Shown: in pieces, positions 11,423 through 23,241 of the stretch
How positions within the stretch are numbered: the first letter of the stretch is position 1
How the letters are laid out: each line of letters starts with the position of its first letter
Assembly: GCA_051294375.1 (NCBI GenBank)
Contig: CM119263.1
Location: 62,001 to 126,000 of the forward strand
Direction: 5' to 3'
DNA: 64,000 bases
Source: Paraspadella gotoi
Taxonomy: Eukaryota; Animalia; Chaetognatha
Made by a program: the position numbers and the translations under genes
Notes under the pieces: model-generated
Databases searched by the model: none
The model's input: the letters and a program-made list of their open reading frames with translations, nothing else
Told to the model about the DNA's origin: nothing

Positions 11423-13136
11423 CTGAAAACCTTATGACTTTCATGAGCAAAAAAGTCGTCAAATGTTTTTGTCTTTTTGTCGGAGAAAATGAAAACGAAA
11501 TCTTTTGTTCGGTTTTATTTTTTTTAATGACCCCTGCTAACAGTATTTTTTTATACGCTCTCTCTCTCTCTCTCTCTCATCTCTCTCTTCTCCTCCTCTC
11601 TCTCTTCGTCTCTCTCTCTCTCTCTCTTTCTCTCTCTTAACATGAAGCTATTCTAGTGCCCCTATCACTGCATTNNNNNNNNNNNNNNNNNNNNNNNNNN
11701 NNNNNNNNNNNNNNNNNNNNNNNNNNNNNNNNNNNNNNNNNGAGTAACAATCCTTCAAGTCATGTTTATTAACATGCTTTTCATGCTGGTTAAGACTTTA
11801 GACAATGACGATATCACTTTGACTTTTCATGCGAAATCAAGAATGCTCTCCTCATCATGTTAAGCTAGGACTGTTATGGTTAAAACTTGTTTGTCCAACA
11901 ATCGTGTTTTTTCAAAAAAGAAAAAGTCGAGAAATTGAAAAGAAAAAAAAAGAAGAAATTCTCTTTTCCTGGTTGATAAGAACCAAACTCATTTCAGAGT
12001 TACTAGCACGGGGTTTGTGTTAGTCTACAAACTGGAGAGAGAGATTTCGTCTTTGATTACGAATGATATGACATTTTAAAGATAAATTATTATTTATTCT
12101 CTTTATATTGTCCGGAGAAAATGAAAACGAGATCTTTTGTTCGGTTTTATTTTTTTAATGACCCTGGCTAATAGTATTTTTTTAAAAATATTTACTTTTA
12201 TTACGCTCTCCTCTCCATTCTCTCTCTCTCTCTCTCTCACTCTTCTCTCCTCTCTCTCCGTCTCTCTCTCTCTCTCTTTCTCTCTCTTAACATGAAGCTA
12301 TTCTAGTGCCCCTACACTGGATTGAGTAACAATGCCTTACAAGTCCATGTTAATTAGCATGCTTTTCCAATGCTGGTTAAGACTTTAGACAATGACGATA
12401 TCACTTTGACTTTTCATGCGAAATCAAGAATGCTCCTCATCATGTTAAGCGTAGGACTGTTATGGTTAAAAACTTGTTTGTCCAACAGATCTGTCTTTTT
12501 ATAAAAAAGAAAAAGTCGAGAAAATGAAAGAAAAAAAAGAGAAATTCTCTTTCCTGGTTGATAAGAACAAACTCAATTCAGAGTTACTAGCACGGGGTTT
12601 GTGTTAGTCACAAACTGAGAGAGAGATTTCGTCTTTTGAGTTACGAATGATAAATGACATTTTAAAGATAAATTATTATTTATTCTCTTTATAATCCTAA
12701 GCTCATCCACTTGTTTCTTTTTAGTTTGATCTTTGTTCTTTGATAGATTAAAAAAAAAAACACTTGATGAAGGCTTGAAGGAAAGCCGAACTTGTCTGTC
12801 CATACAAATAAAAATGCGTTGATGTCAACCAAATTCGTCTTTAATCTGAAATAAACAAAGTATTTCAAAGAAGATATCTCTGCGTGGAAACCGTGTGGTT
12901 TAAAATATATCAAACACTATTTTTATTTTAACAACGTTTTGGGACTTCCATTAAAGTTTCCAACCTATTTCCTTCAAAAACTTATTTCAATTTAGTCTAA
13001 AAGACGATTTAGCGACTTAAAAAGAACATTAACATGTAATGTCATTAACATTAACATTAAACAGGTATGTCATAAATCTATATTGATATAGACGTAATCA
13101 AACAAGACAATCGGAGAGAGGGAGAGAGAAGGGAGT

Positions 13137-13173
<37 letters not shown>

Positions 13174-14562
13174 GAGTAGAGAGACGAGAGAGAGGAGAGA
13201 GAGAGAATTGGAATTACTCTTACGTAAGCATTCCCTGCAGCAGCCATTTTCATCACTGGCAGCAGCAACGCAGGTCGAGCAAAGATCGTGATTTTCTTTC
13301 CTCAATAAGATTCTGGATCGGAGTTTCTCTCCCTCTCCCCTCTTCCTCCTCCTCTTCCTCTCTCCTCCTCCTTTGAAGGATTTCCAATGTTTTTTCTTTT
13401 TTCTTTTTCTTCTTTTTTTTCTTCTTTATCGAACGAAGAAGAGAATCAAAGTTAAGAAGTTTTAATTACATTTATACATTTAATATCATTTAATGATATC
13501 GAAATTCGAAACCTAAACTTCAAAGGTTCGATAAAACGAGGTTAGCAGGTAAAATACCGGCCTCAAGCTGAATTGGGTCAATGTAACGAATTAAATCACT
13601 GCCGAACTTTCTTGTCCTCTGCAGCAGGCCCCGAGAATCAAATTCAACCAGCCAATACCCAAAAGGCTTAACATCCAAAGGTCAGCACTTTCGGTCCCTT
13701 TTTGAGACTCAACCTTCGCTGTCGGTGGGATCCTCGTTGGCCCGACGGGGAGATGAAGGTCATCGGTGGAGTCATTTGGTCGTCTGAATTCGGCTCGTGT
13801 AGGGCAGAGATGGGGGGAGGGAGATAGAGAGGGAGAGATGGGGGGAGGAGAGAGAGAGGGGGATGGAGAAGGGAGAGATGGGGGAGGGAGAAGAGAGAGG
13901 GGGAGAGAGGAAGAGAAGGAGAGGAAGAGGGGAGAGAGGGGGAGGGAGGGAGAGGTGAGGGGAAGGAGAAAAAGAGGGGGAGGGAGAGAAGGGGAGAGAG
14001 AAGGGAGAGAATGAGGGGAGGGAGAGAGAGAGAGAGGGAGGGATAGAAGGAGAGAGAGAGGGGGAGAGAGGGAGGGGGAGAAAGGTGGGAGCGAGGGAGA
14101 GGGGATGAGGTANNNNNNNNNNNNNNNNNNNNNNNNNAAGAGATGGAAAGGCAAAGAGGAGAAAGAGAAAGAGACAAAACGATGGCGAAGTCGAAGAAAT
14201 TTAAAGGGAAACTAAAAACCTACAAATGAAAACCAGGATTAAATAAATGAATCTAAAAAATATAAATACAAAAACAGAATCAAACCAAAAAAAGTTAATT
14301 CCCGAACTTAGTCTAAGGAGTGAAAAGTAGGGAAGGGAAATTTTAAAAAATAAGAGAAAGATGTTTGAAAGAAAAAAATTAAGTTAAAAAATGTTTGTAA
14401 ACAAAAGGGAAAAACCAGAGGCGGATATTAATTTCATCGTCTTTGCAGACAAAGGATAATGGCAAAAATGGCAATGAGGCAAAGATGGCAAAAATGGCAA
14501 TGAGGCAAAGATGTCAAGATGTTTTTGTAAGCGTCCAGAATTTATGTTCCCCATTTTCTCAC

Positions 14563-14740
14563 CCGGCGAATGACTCTCTCTCGATGCCTCGTCCTCAACG
14601 GTCTGGTGCAATGGACTCCAAGTCTCCAACGGACTCAGCAACGACGATCCGGCGAGGCCAACGATCGTCGAGCTCTGATTGGTCGAGCAGAACGATCCGT
14701 GATTGGTCGAAGTGGCACATTGACTGGAAGTACTGACGAT
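14563..14740 (-). CDS. Probable K2P N-terminal exon (178 nt, Ser/Thr-rich)
   Basis: CCTTGTGTCAG| ... CCGG|GTGAGA, phase 0 to phase 1. Encodes IVSTSSQCATSTNHGSFCSTNQSSTIVGLAGSSLLSPLETWSPLHQTVEDEASRESHSP. Preceded by a 61-nt intron at 14741-14801. Confidence 0.65.
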
Positions 14741-14801
14741 CTGACACAAGGCCAAAAAGGTTTGATAAGGTGAAAAAAAAAAGGCCCACGTCATTTTTTA
14801 C

Positions 14802-15346
14802 CGCGCGAGACTTCGGAAGTGACGCCGCTGCCAAGGCCATTGGCGCCGCTAATGCCGTGGATGCCATCAACGCCCCTAGCGCCGACTTTGGAATCGTTTG
14901 CGGAGAATTTTTAGCCNNNNNNNNNNNNNNNNNNNNNNNNNNNNNNNNNNNNNNNNNNNNNNNNNNNNNNNNNNNNNNNNNNNNNNNNNNNNNNNNNNNN
15001 NNNNNNNNNNNNNNNNNNNNNNNNNNNNNNNNNNNNNNNNNNNNNNNNNNNNNNNNNNNNNNNNNNNNNNNNNNNNNNNNNNNNNNNNNNNNNNNNNNNN
15101 NNNNNNNNNNNNNNNTAGCGGCGCCGCCGGCACCTGCTCCAACGACGGCGGCGAAAAGACCAGCCGATGCGAAAGCGGAAGCGAATAGCGGATTGGGTTT
15201 CGTCCTCGTCGTCGTCGTCGACGTCGTCGTCGTCATCATCGTCGTCTCGTTCTCCTCATCATCTGATTCTCCTTTGATTTGATCCAACGTAAGCGGCGTC
15301 GATTTTACGACGCCGTCTTGCGACGACGACGCCGCGAGGACGCAAG
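14802..15346 (-). CDS. Probable K2P N-terminal exon (Ala/Thr-rich), interrupted by gap 14917-15115; acceptor presumably in gap 15347-15495
   Basis: GC-rich open frame CVLAASSSQDGVVKSTPLTLDQIKGESDDEENETT...AAASLPKSRA, ending GCG|GTAAAA in phase 0, compatible with the next exon. Confidence 0.55.
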
Positions 15347-15828
15347 NNNNNNNNNNNNNNNNNNNNNNNNNNNNNNNNNNNNNNNNNNNNNNNNNNNNNN
15401 NNNNNNNNNNNNNNNNNNNNNNNNNNNNNNNNNNNNNNNNNNNNNNNNNNNNNNNNNNNNNNNNNNNNNNNNNNNNNNNNNNNNNNNNNNNNNNNCTTTT
15501 ATTTTTACGTACAAAAATCGGTTTTCAGAGTAATGTACTATACTAGATTAGTTTTATTTTTTCTTTGTAGAATATAACAAGTATATTAAGTATTTTGATT
15601 TTGTATCATTACTGACTATCCGTAACTATCTTAATATTATCTGAATATTTTGAATTCTTAATTAATTAATCCTAAGTTAGTATATTTTTTATTCAGAGGG
15701 TTTTTTTTAATTTTTTTTTTAGTAGTACTTTTCGCGGGAGTTAAATTCTATAGTTTTAAATTGAATACTGTCATTGAATAATTTCTTTTTATTATGATTG
15801 CGCATCAATCGGCTTTTTTCAACCTCAC

Positions 15829-16885
15829 CTCGACGACAGCGGCTGCTCTTCCGCCACCAATTCCCCCTCTATCATCTCCATGGAAACGATTCCCTCATTC
15901 GGCGCCGAGAACATCGGGTTGTCCATCGGCGCCGACGCAGGATACAAAGGATTGGCGTAGACGTACGGCTGCCCGTACGGCGTCATGCCCTGTACGTACT
16001 GCATCGCCGGCTGCACGGGTTGCAACGTCCGCATCTGCCGCATTAGATCGGCGGGAACGGTTTGCTGCAGAAAGTGCTGTGGATGAGGGAGGCTGCGGTG
16101 AAAGACTCTACGATTCGGAGCCGCTGGTTGACGATGCCTTCGCGACGGAGGCTGCTGCTGCTGTAGAGGATCCTGCAGCAACAGCTCCTCGGGTCGCGGG
16201 CCGAGAAGGATCGGGGATTTTGACAGCAGGGGCAAGGCAGCGTCGTCGCCGTAGACAGCCGCGTCGTCGCCGTAGACAGCGTCGCCACGACCCGCGTCAT
16301 GGCATTCGTGATACGAGAAATCGGCGTAAGCGTTTCCGTTGGGGTCCACAACGAGGTGCGATTGGAAGGCGTCCGGCGTTCGCCGAGTCGGCGCTTCGTC
16401 GCGGAAACCAGACGGTTCGGCCAGGCTTTGACGAAGTTTTCTCGAGCGTCGAACGTCCAAAGAATCGATGTGATTAGTCCGTGTCGGCGTCGTCGTAGTC
16501 GGCGTCGTCGTTGGCGGAGCAGAAAGACTAGAGTCGTCGAGATTCGCCAATTCGCCGTTTGACGCCGACAACGCCCACGAGAGGCGCTGATGTTCACGCT
16601 CCAGACGCCGCAGCTGATGCGGCTGCTGTTGAAAGGCCTCGATGGAATCGAAGGCGTGATCCGGACGCCGTGACCGGAAGAGTCCGGAAAAGGCGACGTC
16701 GAATCTCGGCGCGGGTGGACGATCCGGCGCTTCCGGCGAAGATGAGTTCTCTTTCGTAGTTGTGTCGGAATTCTCGGATGTCTCAGCCAGGGACGTCGAC
16801 GGAAAAGAGTTGATGTCACTCGAAGAGGCCGAGTCATGATTGGCCTCCGACGTCGGGGCGGCCATGTGATACGAAGATGGCGCTG
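15829..16885 (-). CDS. Large coding exon (about 350 aa, Pro/Ser/Gln-rich, probably disordered); likely first coding exon of the K2P gene, ATG at 16865
   Basis: GC-rich, non-repetitive ORF of over 1 kb in AT-rich surroundings. Polypyrimidine tract and CTCAG|CAG acceptor; donor AG|GTGAGG (phase 2) coincides with the ORF end. Coding status is well supported; the link to the K2P is inferred. Confidence 0.75.
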
Positions 16886-17393
16886 CTGAGCAGAGGAAGA
16901 AGAAGAGGGAGGAAACAAAAGGACAAGGCGAGTAGACAAAAACGTGTAAGGAAAAATAAGTAGGTATAAATATCAAATTAAATAACAGACTACTTTAAAA
17001 AAGCTTTCGTAGATACCGGATACTGCAAAGTATTAAATTGAAATATAACGCAATTCAAGTAAATAATTTTGGAATAATTTTGATATAATCGTGTGGCTCT
17101 TGGCTTTTTGCAATTTACAACTAAAAACCGAAGGTCGAGCTGAATAAATGAGAGAGAGAAGAGCAGAGAGACGAGGAGAGAGAGAGAGAGAGAGAAGAGA
17201 GAGAGGAGAGAGACGGATTAAATTGGGACGAAGCATCATAAAACGTATTTTTTAAAAGAAGAAGATTTTTCTTTAAAATAACCACAGAGCGGAACATTGG
17301 CATAAGCATTGGGAAAATCAGGATGAGAGAGAAGAGGGGGGGAGAGAAGAGAAGAAGAGAGAGATGAGAGATTGAGAGAGAGAGAGAGAGAAA

Positions 17394-17442
<49 letters not shown>

Positions 17443-18975
17443 CTGCAAACAAAAGATCACTCAGTTCGTGTCCTTTTGCAACAACAGCAGGGAAGCCTCC
17501 AGTAATTGTCAACCTTCATTTTCTTTCCAAACTTTTTTTTGAGCATGATGACGAGAAAGAGCAGAATTAGGAGACCCATATTTTGGTTTGACGCCGAGAG
17601 GGCGTTCCCTCGCATGGAAGATATTTCCCTAGAATTCGTTTCGATGTTTTATTGTTTTATTTGAAGAGTAGACGACTTTTGGCTGCTCAGTTGAACTTGG
17701 CTTAATGTCTTGGTTTTCTTTGAGCGGTTAAAAGTAGCACAAATAGTTTTTTGTTAGTTTTATTCAGCTTCGGTCGTTATGCGTGACTTTTATTGGAGCG
17801 TTCTTGGCTCGGCTAAATTGGAATCAGATTTTCAAGTTCCTCTGTCGATCGTTTCTCGGTTCTATTTCTTGTCTCGAACTCAGAAGAGGGAAATCAGGTC
17901 GTGAGAGAGTCAGTGAACATTTAGAGAGAGGCCAGATTTAATACTTCATTCTTATAGTTATAGACTTTAATGATAATGGGAATTTGGTCACTTTGCACTC
18001 AAATTCGTCTTCGAGATCCGGATCCACGTTAAATCAAGTCTATTCATAAATGTCCCAAGACGAGTCTATATTAAGGTTCGAGTTCAGCTCCTCTCTCTCT
18101 CTCTCTCTTTTCACGGCAGCGGAAAAGATTCTCTCGTTCGAGTGACATTTTGACGATTGTCAGCCGGAGACTCGGAGCTATTGCTGACCGTTGGACAAAG
18201 AATGAAGGAATTCTGTTATCAGAAGATGCAATGCTAAAAACTGATTACGATTTCCAATCGTGTTAACGCAGTAAAAATACGAAGCGAGAACAGTTTATGT
18301 CACTAAACTGAGTCACTCAACAGAGTGTGAAAGTTTGTGATAATGATGAGTCTCCGACAAGTGGCGAGGTCAACATTGTCACAAGAAGTAAGATTGTACG
18401 GCACCAGAAAATATAGGCGACGTCACTGGCGAGATAAAAAATCCGTAATACTTGTGTTTGGCTCATAAGTGAGACCGCGCGTGAAAAAGGTCGCTCGGTT
18501 GAGACGAGTCAGTGGACAGTTGGCCTAGAAAGAGTTTCGGCTTCGCAGCGAAAGGAAATGAATTAAACGTCAAAAACGAGTCGTATTCGTCGTTGTATGT
18601 AAATTTAAAGTCGAAAGCAATGGTCTGGCAAAAAGTAAATACTGTGACGGCCCATAGTCGAGAAACATATGCGTCGTCGTCGTTGCCGTCGTCGTCGTCC
18701 TCGTCGTCGTCGTGGTCGTCGTCGTCGTTCCCGCGTCACAAAACGCGCGACGTGTTCGTTTGTTTTGGCGATTTTGACGCCCACTCCATCTCTCCGCGGT
18801 CCCAGCCGGAGGCGCTGATGAATGGGGCGGAAACAAAAGTGAATCGCGATTCTGAAGGGAAAAAAAAGCAAAAATAAAAACAAAAATAAAAAAAAATAGG
18901 AAAATAAAAAAATGGTCGCCAAATTCATCACGAGAAATTCGCGACGGGAAAAATAACGAGTGAGCAGAGAGAGAC

Positions 18976-19023
<48 letters not shown>

Positions 19024-19367
19024 ACTGCGCATTTCATTTCAAAACGATCATAACAAAAAAAAAAAATCTTAAAAGCATAAAGATCGAGCCGCTTTCGATA
19101 GTAACAAATATTGATGCGATAATAACCAAATATTGATCGATGATAACCAAATATTGACCGCGATGATAACCATAATTGGATGCGATGATAACAAAATGAC
19201 TGATGTGATGAATAATCAAATGATTGATGCGATGATAGTTCATTACTTGATATGATGATAATCATTACATGAAATACGATGATAGTCATTCATTGATGCG
19301 ATTGATAGTGATTCATCTGACGCGCTGATCATTCATCGTAAAAAAACAAACAAATCGTGTATGAGTG

Positions 19368-19401
<34 letters not shown>

Positions 19402-19613
19402 CTGGACAGTATTTCCCGCCAACGAAACGCATATTAGGTCTCTCTCGTTTATATAAAGAATAATCAGAATTTTAGAAAAAATCCACGAAAATCTCGGATG
19501 TAAAATTTGTGATTTTGTATTGGAGAAAAAAGCGCGGAATAAATGGGATAATAAAGGTTTTAAGAAGGAAAAAAAGAGAGAGGAGAGAGAGAGAGGGAGA
19601 GAGAGAGCAGAAG

Positions 19614-19646
<33 letters not shown>

Positions 19647-20018
19647 GAGGGAGGGAGAGTGAGAAGAGAGAGAGAGAGAGTTTTCCCACCAACGAGACCG
19701 CCATTAATAGGTCCACCTCGTTTATATCGGTTATCCGTTGCCCTCGCAACGGCGTCTGAAATTGGTCTATGTTGATTTTTTTTTATAGCACGTAACGCGT
19801 TATGGTCAAATGTTCCTCGAACATTGTTTACTTGTTGCTCCGCACGACCACCGAAATCTAGGTTAAGTAAGTTATGTATTTTGGGAATTTTGTATTGGGA
19901 TAAAATAATAAATGGCGATATAAAAGTTTTTAAGAAGGAAAAAATCCCACGAAAAATCTCGGATAAATGGCGAATAAAAAGCTTTTTTGAAAGGAAAAAA
20001 AAGAGAGAGAAAGAGAGA

Positions 20019-20060
<42 letters not shown>

Positions 20061-20507
20061 AAGAGGAGATAGAGAAAGAAAAAGTGTTCTTTTTTTAGGA
20101 GAACCAGACGAGGTCAAATTTAATATTCTATATTTAATTAATTTATTAATAGTTATCACCAACTCAAATAATTATTATTTAAAAAAAAGTTAAAAATGAT
20201 TAAATATATATCACTAAAAATATTATAAATTTAATAAAGTACAAATTATCAGAATAACAAAAAAAGTAATGTTTAATTTGACTAATCTCTCTTATCAACT
20301 CCTATTTAGATATAATTTGCCAAATAGTGGCCAACCGTCAAAGTTGCAATAATAATAAAAACAAATTTTTTTTTATAATGTAATGCATGCAATTAATATT
20401 ATTCGGCGAAAGTAGCTGCATATATAATAAGGTCAATTAGCTGATTTATATGTGATAATGCATACATATATAAGTTTATCTTTCATTTTTTTTTAAAATA
20501 ATAAGAG

Positions 20508-20541
<34 letters not shown>

Positions 20542-21364
20542 AAGAAAGAAAAAGAAAAACAATTTCTTTCCAATTATATCTCAGATAATAAATTTTGGGA
20601 TTGTATTGAAAAAAAAGCGCGGAATTAAATGGCATAATAAAAAGTTTGAGAAGGAAAAAAATAATCAGAATTTTTCAAAAAAACGAACGATCGTACAGAG
20701 TAAGAGAGACAGAAAAGACAGAAAGAGAGAGAGAGAGACAGAAAGAGAAAAAGAAGGAACAAAAGAGACAGAAAGAAGAGAAAGCTGGAAGCCAGCTGAA
20801 CAGTCACTTTTTGCAGAACCTGAACTCGTCTTTTTTAAGGTTCAGAAAAAGCAGCAACTGACAATATAGGAAGAAAATCTATATATAATTTAAAGAAATA
20901 AAAGAAAGGCAAAAAAATAATGTTAACAATTGTTTACAATTGGAAATTTTTCCAACTTTCTTTCAATCGCAGCTTTTGTAAAAGATTTAATTTATATTTG
21001 TATAAAATTAGAATATAGCTTCTCATTGAAAAAAATCCCTTTGAGTCCCATTTTATTAAAAATTAAACAAATTTTTTTGGAATTTCATCCTTCAATATTA
21101 ATATACTGCATATTATGTAAATTAGATCAAAAGCATTTTATATACTAATTTAGAATATATATGGAGTATCTTTATCTCATTTGCATATGTGCAGTAAATC
21201 ATAATGAAAGTGAAAATTCAAACAAAAAATACTAAATCCAAATTAATAGAAAATATCAACAGCTATTTCAAGATGAAAAGCCATATCTAAATTTTACTTA
21301 CTATGATCGCAACACTTGAGAGGAGAGCGTTATCATAATCATAATAATTTTTATTTAAAAAAAA

Positions 21365-21520
21365 ACGTTAAGTCACAGCCAAACCTATTAAAGCGTAGTA
21401 GTTTTTATATATGAAAACCAGCGTGACGGACGACGAGACGACGACGAGCGAACGACTACGTCACAAAGAAGCAACCCTAAAACATTATAGAGCTTCGCCG
21501 GGTCAAGGCTCGATAAAAAA
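21365..21520 (+). mobile_element. Possible 3' fragment of a DINE-1/HINE-like element
   Basis: Degenerate (GACG)n followed by ...CATTATAGAGCTTCGCCGGGTCAAGGCTCGATAAAAAA, similar in layout to the end of the 35468 element (AATTATAGAGCCG in its duplicate). Confidence 0.3.
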
Positions 21521-21594
21521 ACTCAAAAATTATTGTAGAAGAAGTAAACGAATTGGACTGACAATTCGTCATTAGAGTAGAGTCAGCGAATTTC

Positions 21595-23039
21595 CTGGTT
21601 TGTGAGAAAATCGACGAGACAAATTTAAAAATTCATTTATCATGGCAATAATATAGATGGATAATAAATTTTGACAGATATCTCATAAAGATAAACGTGC
21701 CCACACCTTTGTCACGCAGATATTTTATCGAAGTCATCGAGATCAAGCGGTTCAAGAAGGCATTTTTACCCAACGGCAACCTTTTACCGGGAGCAACCTC
21801 TGTAATCTTTTCTTGCACCTGTCTTTTCTGTTTTTCTGCCCTGTTTCGGAGCATCCCTAGATCCTTTCTTCACCTGTCTTTTCTTTCTTTCTTGCACCTG
21901 TTTTTCCGGAGGCACAGCCCTAAATCGTTTTCTTGCATCACGCTTCCCTTTCCTTGTCTTTTCATTGCCACCTGTTTTGGAGCGCCCTAACATCTTTTCT
22001 TCACCTGTCCTTTTTGCTTCTGCATCTGTTTCCGGAGCAGACCCTAGAATCTTTTCTTGCACCTGTCCTTTTTCTTGTCTGTTTTCTGCACACAGCTTCT
22101 TCTTTGGAGCAGCCCGTAGGAAATCCTTTCGTCCTGCACCTGCTTTGTCTTAGTGTCTTTTTCTGTATGACTACTCTGTTTTCTCGCGAGACAAGCCATA
22201 GTATATCTTCTCTTGCCACCTGTCTTTCTTGTCTTCTCTGCACCTGTTTTGGAAGCAGCCACTAAAGTCGCTTTGTCTTGCAACACTCTTTGATGCTTTT
22301 CTTGCACGCTAGTTTTTGGAGCACCCTAGAAATCTCATTTCCTTGCAGCCTGTCTCTCTCCTCGTCTTTTTCTTTGCACTGTGTCTTCGGAGCAACCCCT
22401 AGAATCCTTTCTTGCACGCTGTATTTTCTTGAAGCCTGTTTTTCGGAGCAGCCCTAGAATCTTTTTCTTGCACGCTGCTTTCCTTGTCCTTTTCTGTGCA
22501 CCTTGTTTTCGTGCAGCCCAGAATCTTTCTTGCACCTGTCTTTTTCTTGCACTCTGTTTCGGGGTCAGCCTAGAATCTTTCTTGCACCGTGTTTCCTCAC
22601 CATGTTTTCGACCCGGGAGCAAACCCTAGAATCTTTTCTTGCACCTTCTCTCGCATCTGAATGAGGAAACCTAATTCGAATGGTCAAAAACAGAGAAGGA
22701 ACTGAATTAAGATTTGATCGATAAGATGAATGATGACAATCACGGGGCATTTATTTCCTCTGTTAAAAGGGAGAAGGTTAATGGAATCACTTGACTAAAA
22801 ATCTCTTTTCAAATGCAAAGCAGAAAACCGTTGAAAAAGAAATAAACATAGATAAGTAAATTTGAAAGTAAAATCAATATTGGAGCTGGAAAAGAAAAAG
22901 AAATCATCTGAAAATGTCATGCAGCCCAATGCGAAGAGCGGACGGCAGTAGCGGTTGCGGGGTTGCCGTGGCAGCGGGGGTGGCAGCGCGGCGAACGGTA
23001 CGGCGGCTAGCAGGCGGCGGAGGTGGTCAGCGGGAGTGA

Positions 23040-23071
<32 letters not shown>

Positions 23072-23195
23072 GCGGCGGAGGCGGAAGCTGAAAGTCGTCA
23101 CCAATGTCCTGAGAATCATTTTAGATTAAAAGAAATTCATCAGGTGAATGACGATCGAATGATAAGATATGCAAAGAGAGAGAAAAGAAGAGAGA

Positions 23196-23241
<46 letters not shown>

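Larger units (their letters stand above)
9637..13783. other. Apparent triplication (9637-11232, 11477-12107, 12108-13783), probable assembly artefact
   Basis: Each copy starts TTGTC(C)GGAGAAAATGAAAACG, is near N gaps, and the third is insertion-rich. Confidence 0.85.

Noticed and set aside
11171-13783. Tandem exon duplication suggesting mutually exclusive exons
   Set aside because: The second copy and its whole intron context differ by scattered single-base insertions, which fits read error better than real duplication.
15794-16939. Overlapping alternative-frame and antisense ORFs over the large exon, and 49966-50742 / 50092-50535 over the tetraspanin
   Set aside because: Expected shadow ORFs of GC-rich coding sequence.
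18640-18852. GC-rich minus-strand block as an upstream K2P coding exon
   Set aside because: An acceptor-like TTCAG is present, but the open frame is mostly (ACG)n and the only donor seen is weak and out of phase with the 16885 exon. It could still be 5' UTR.
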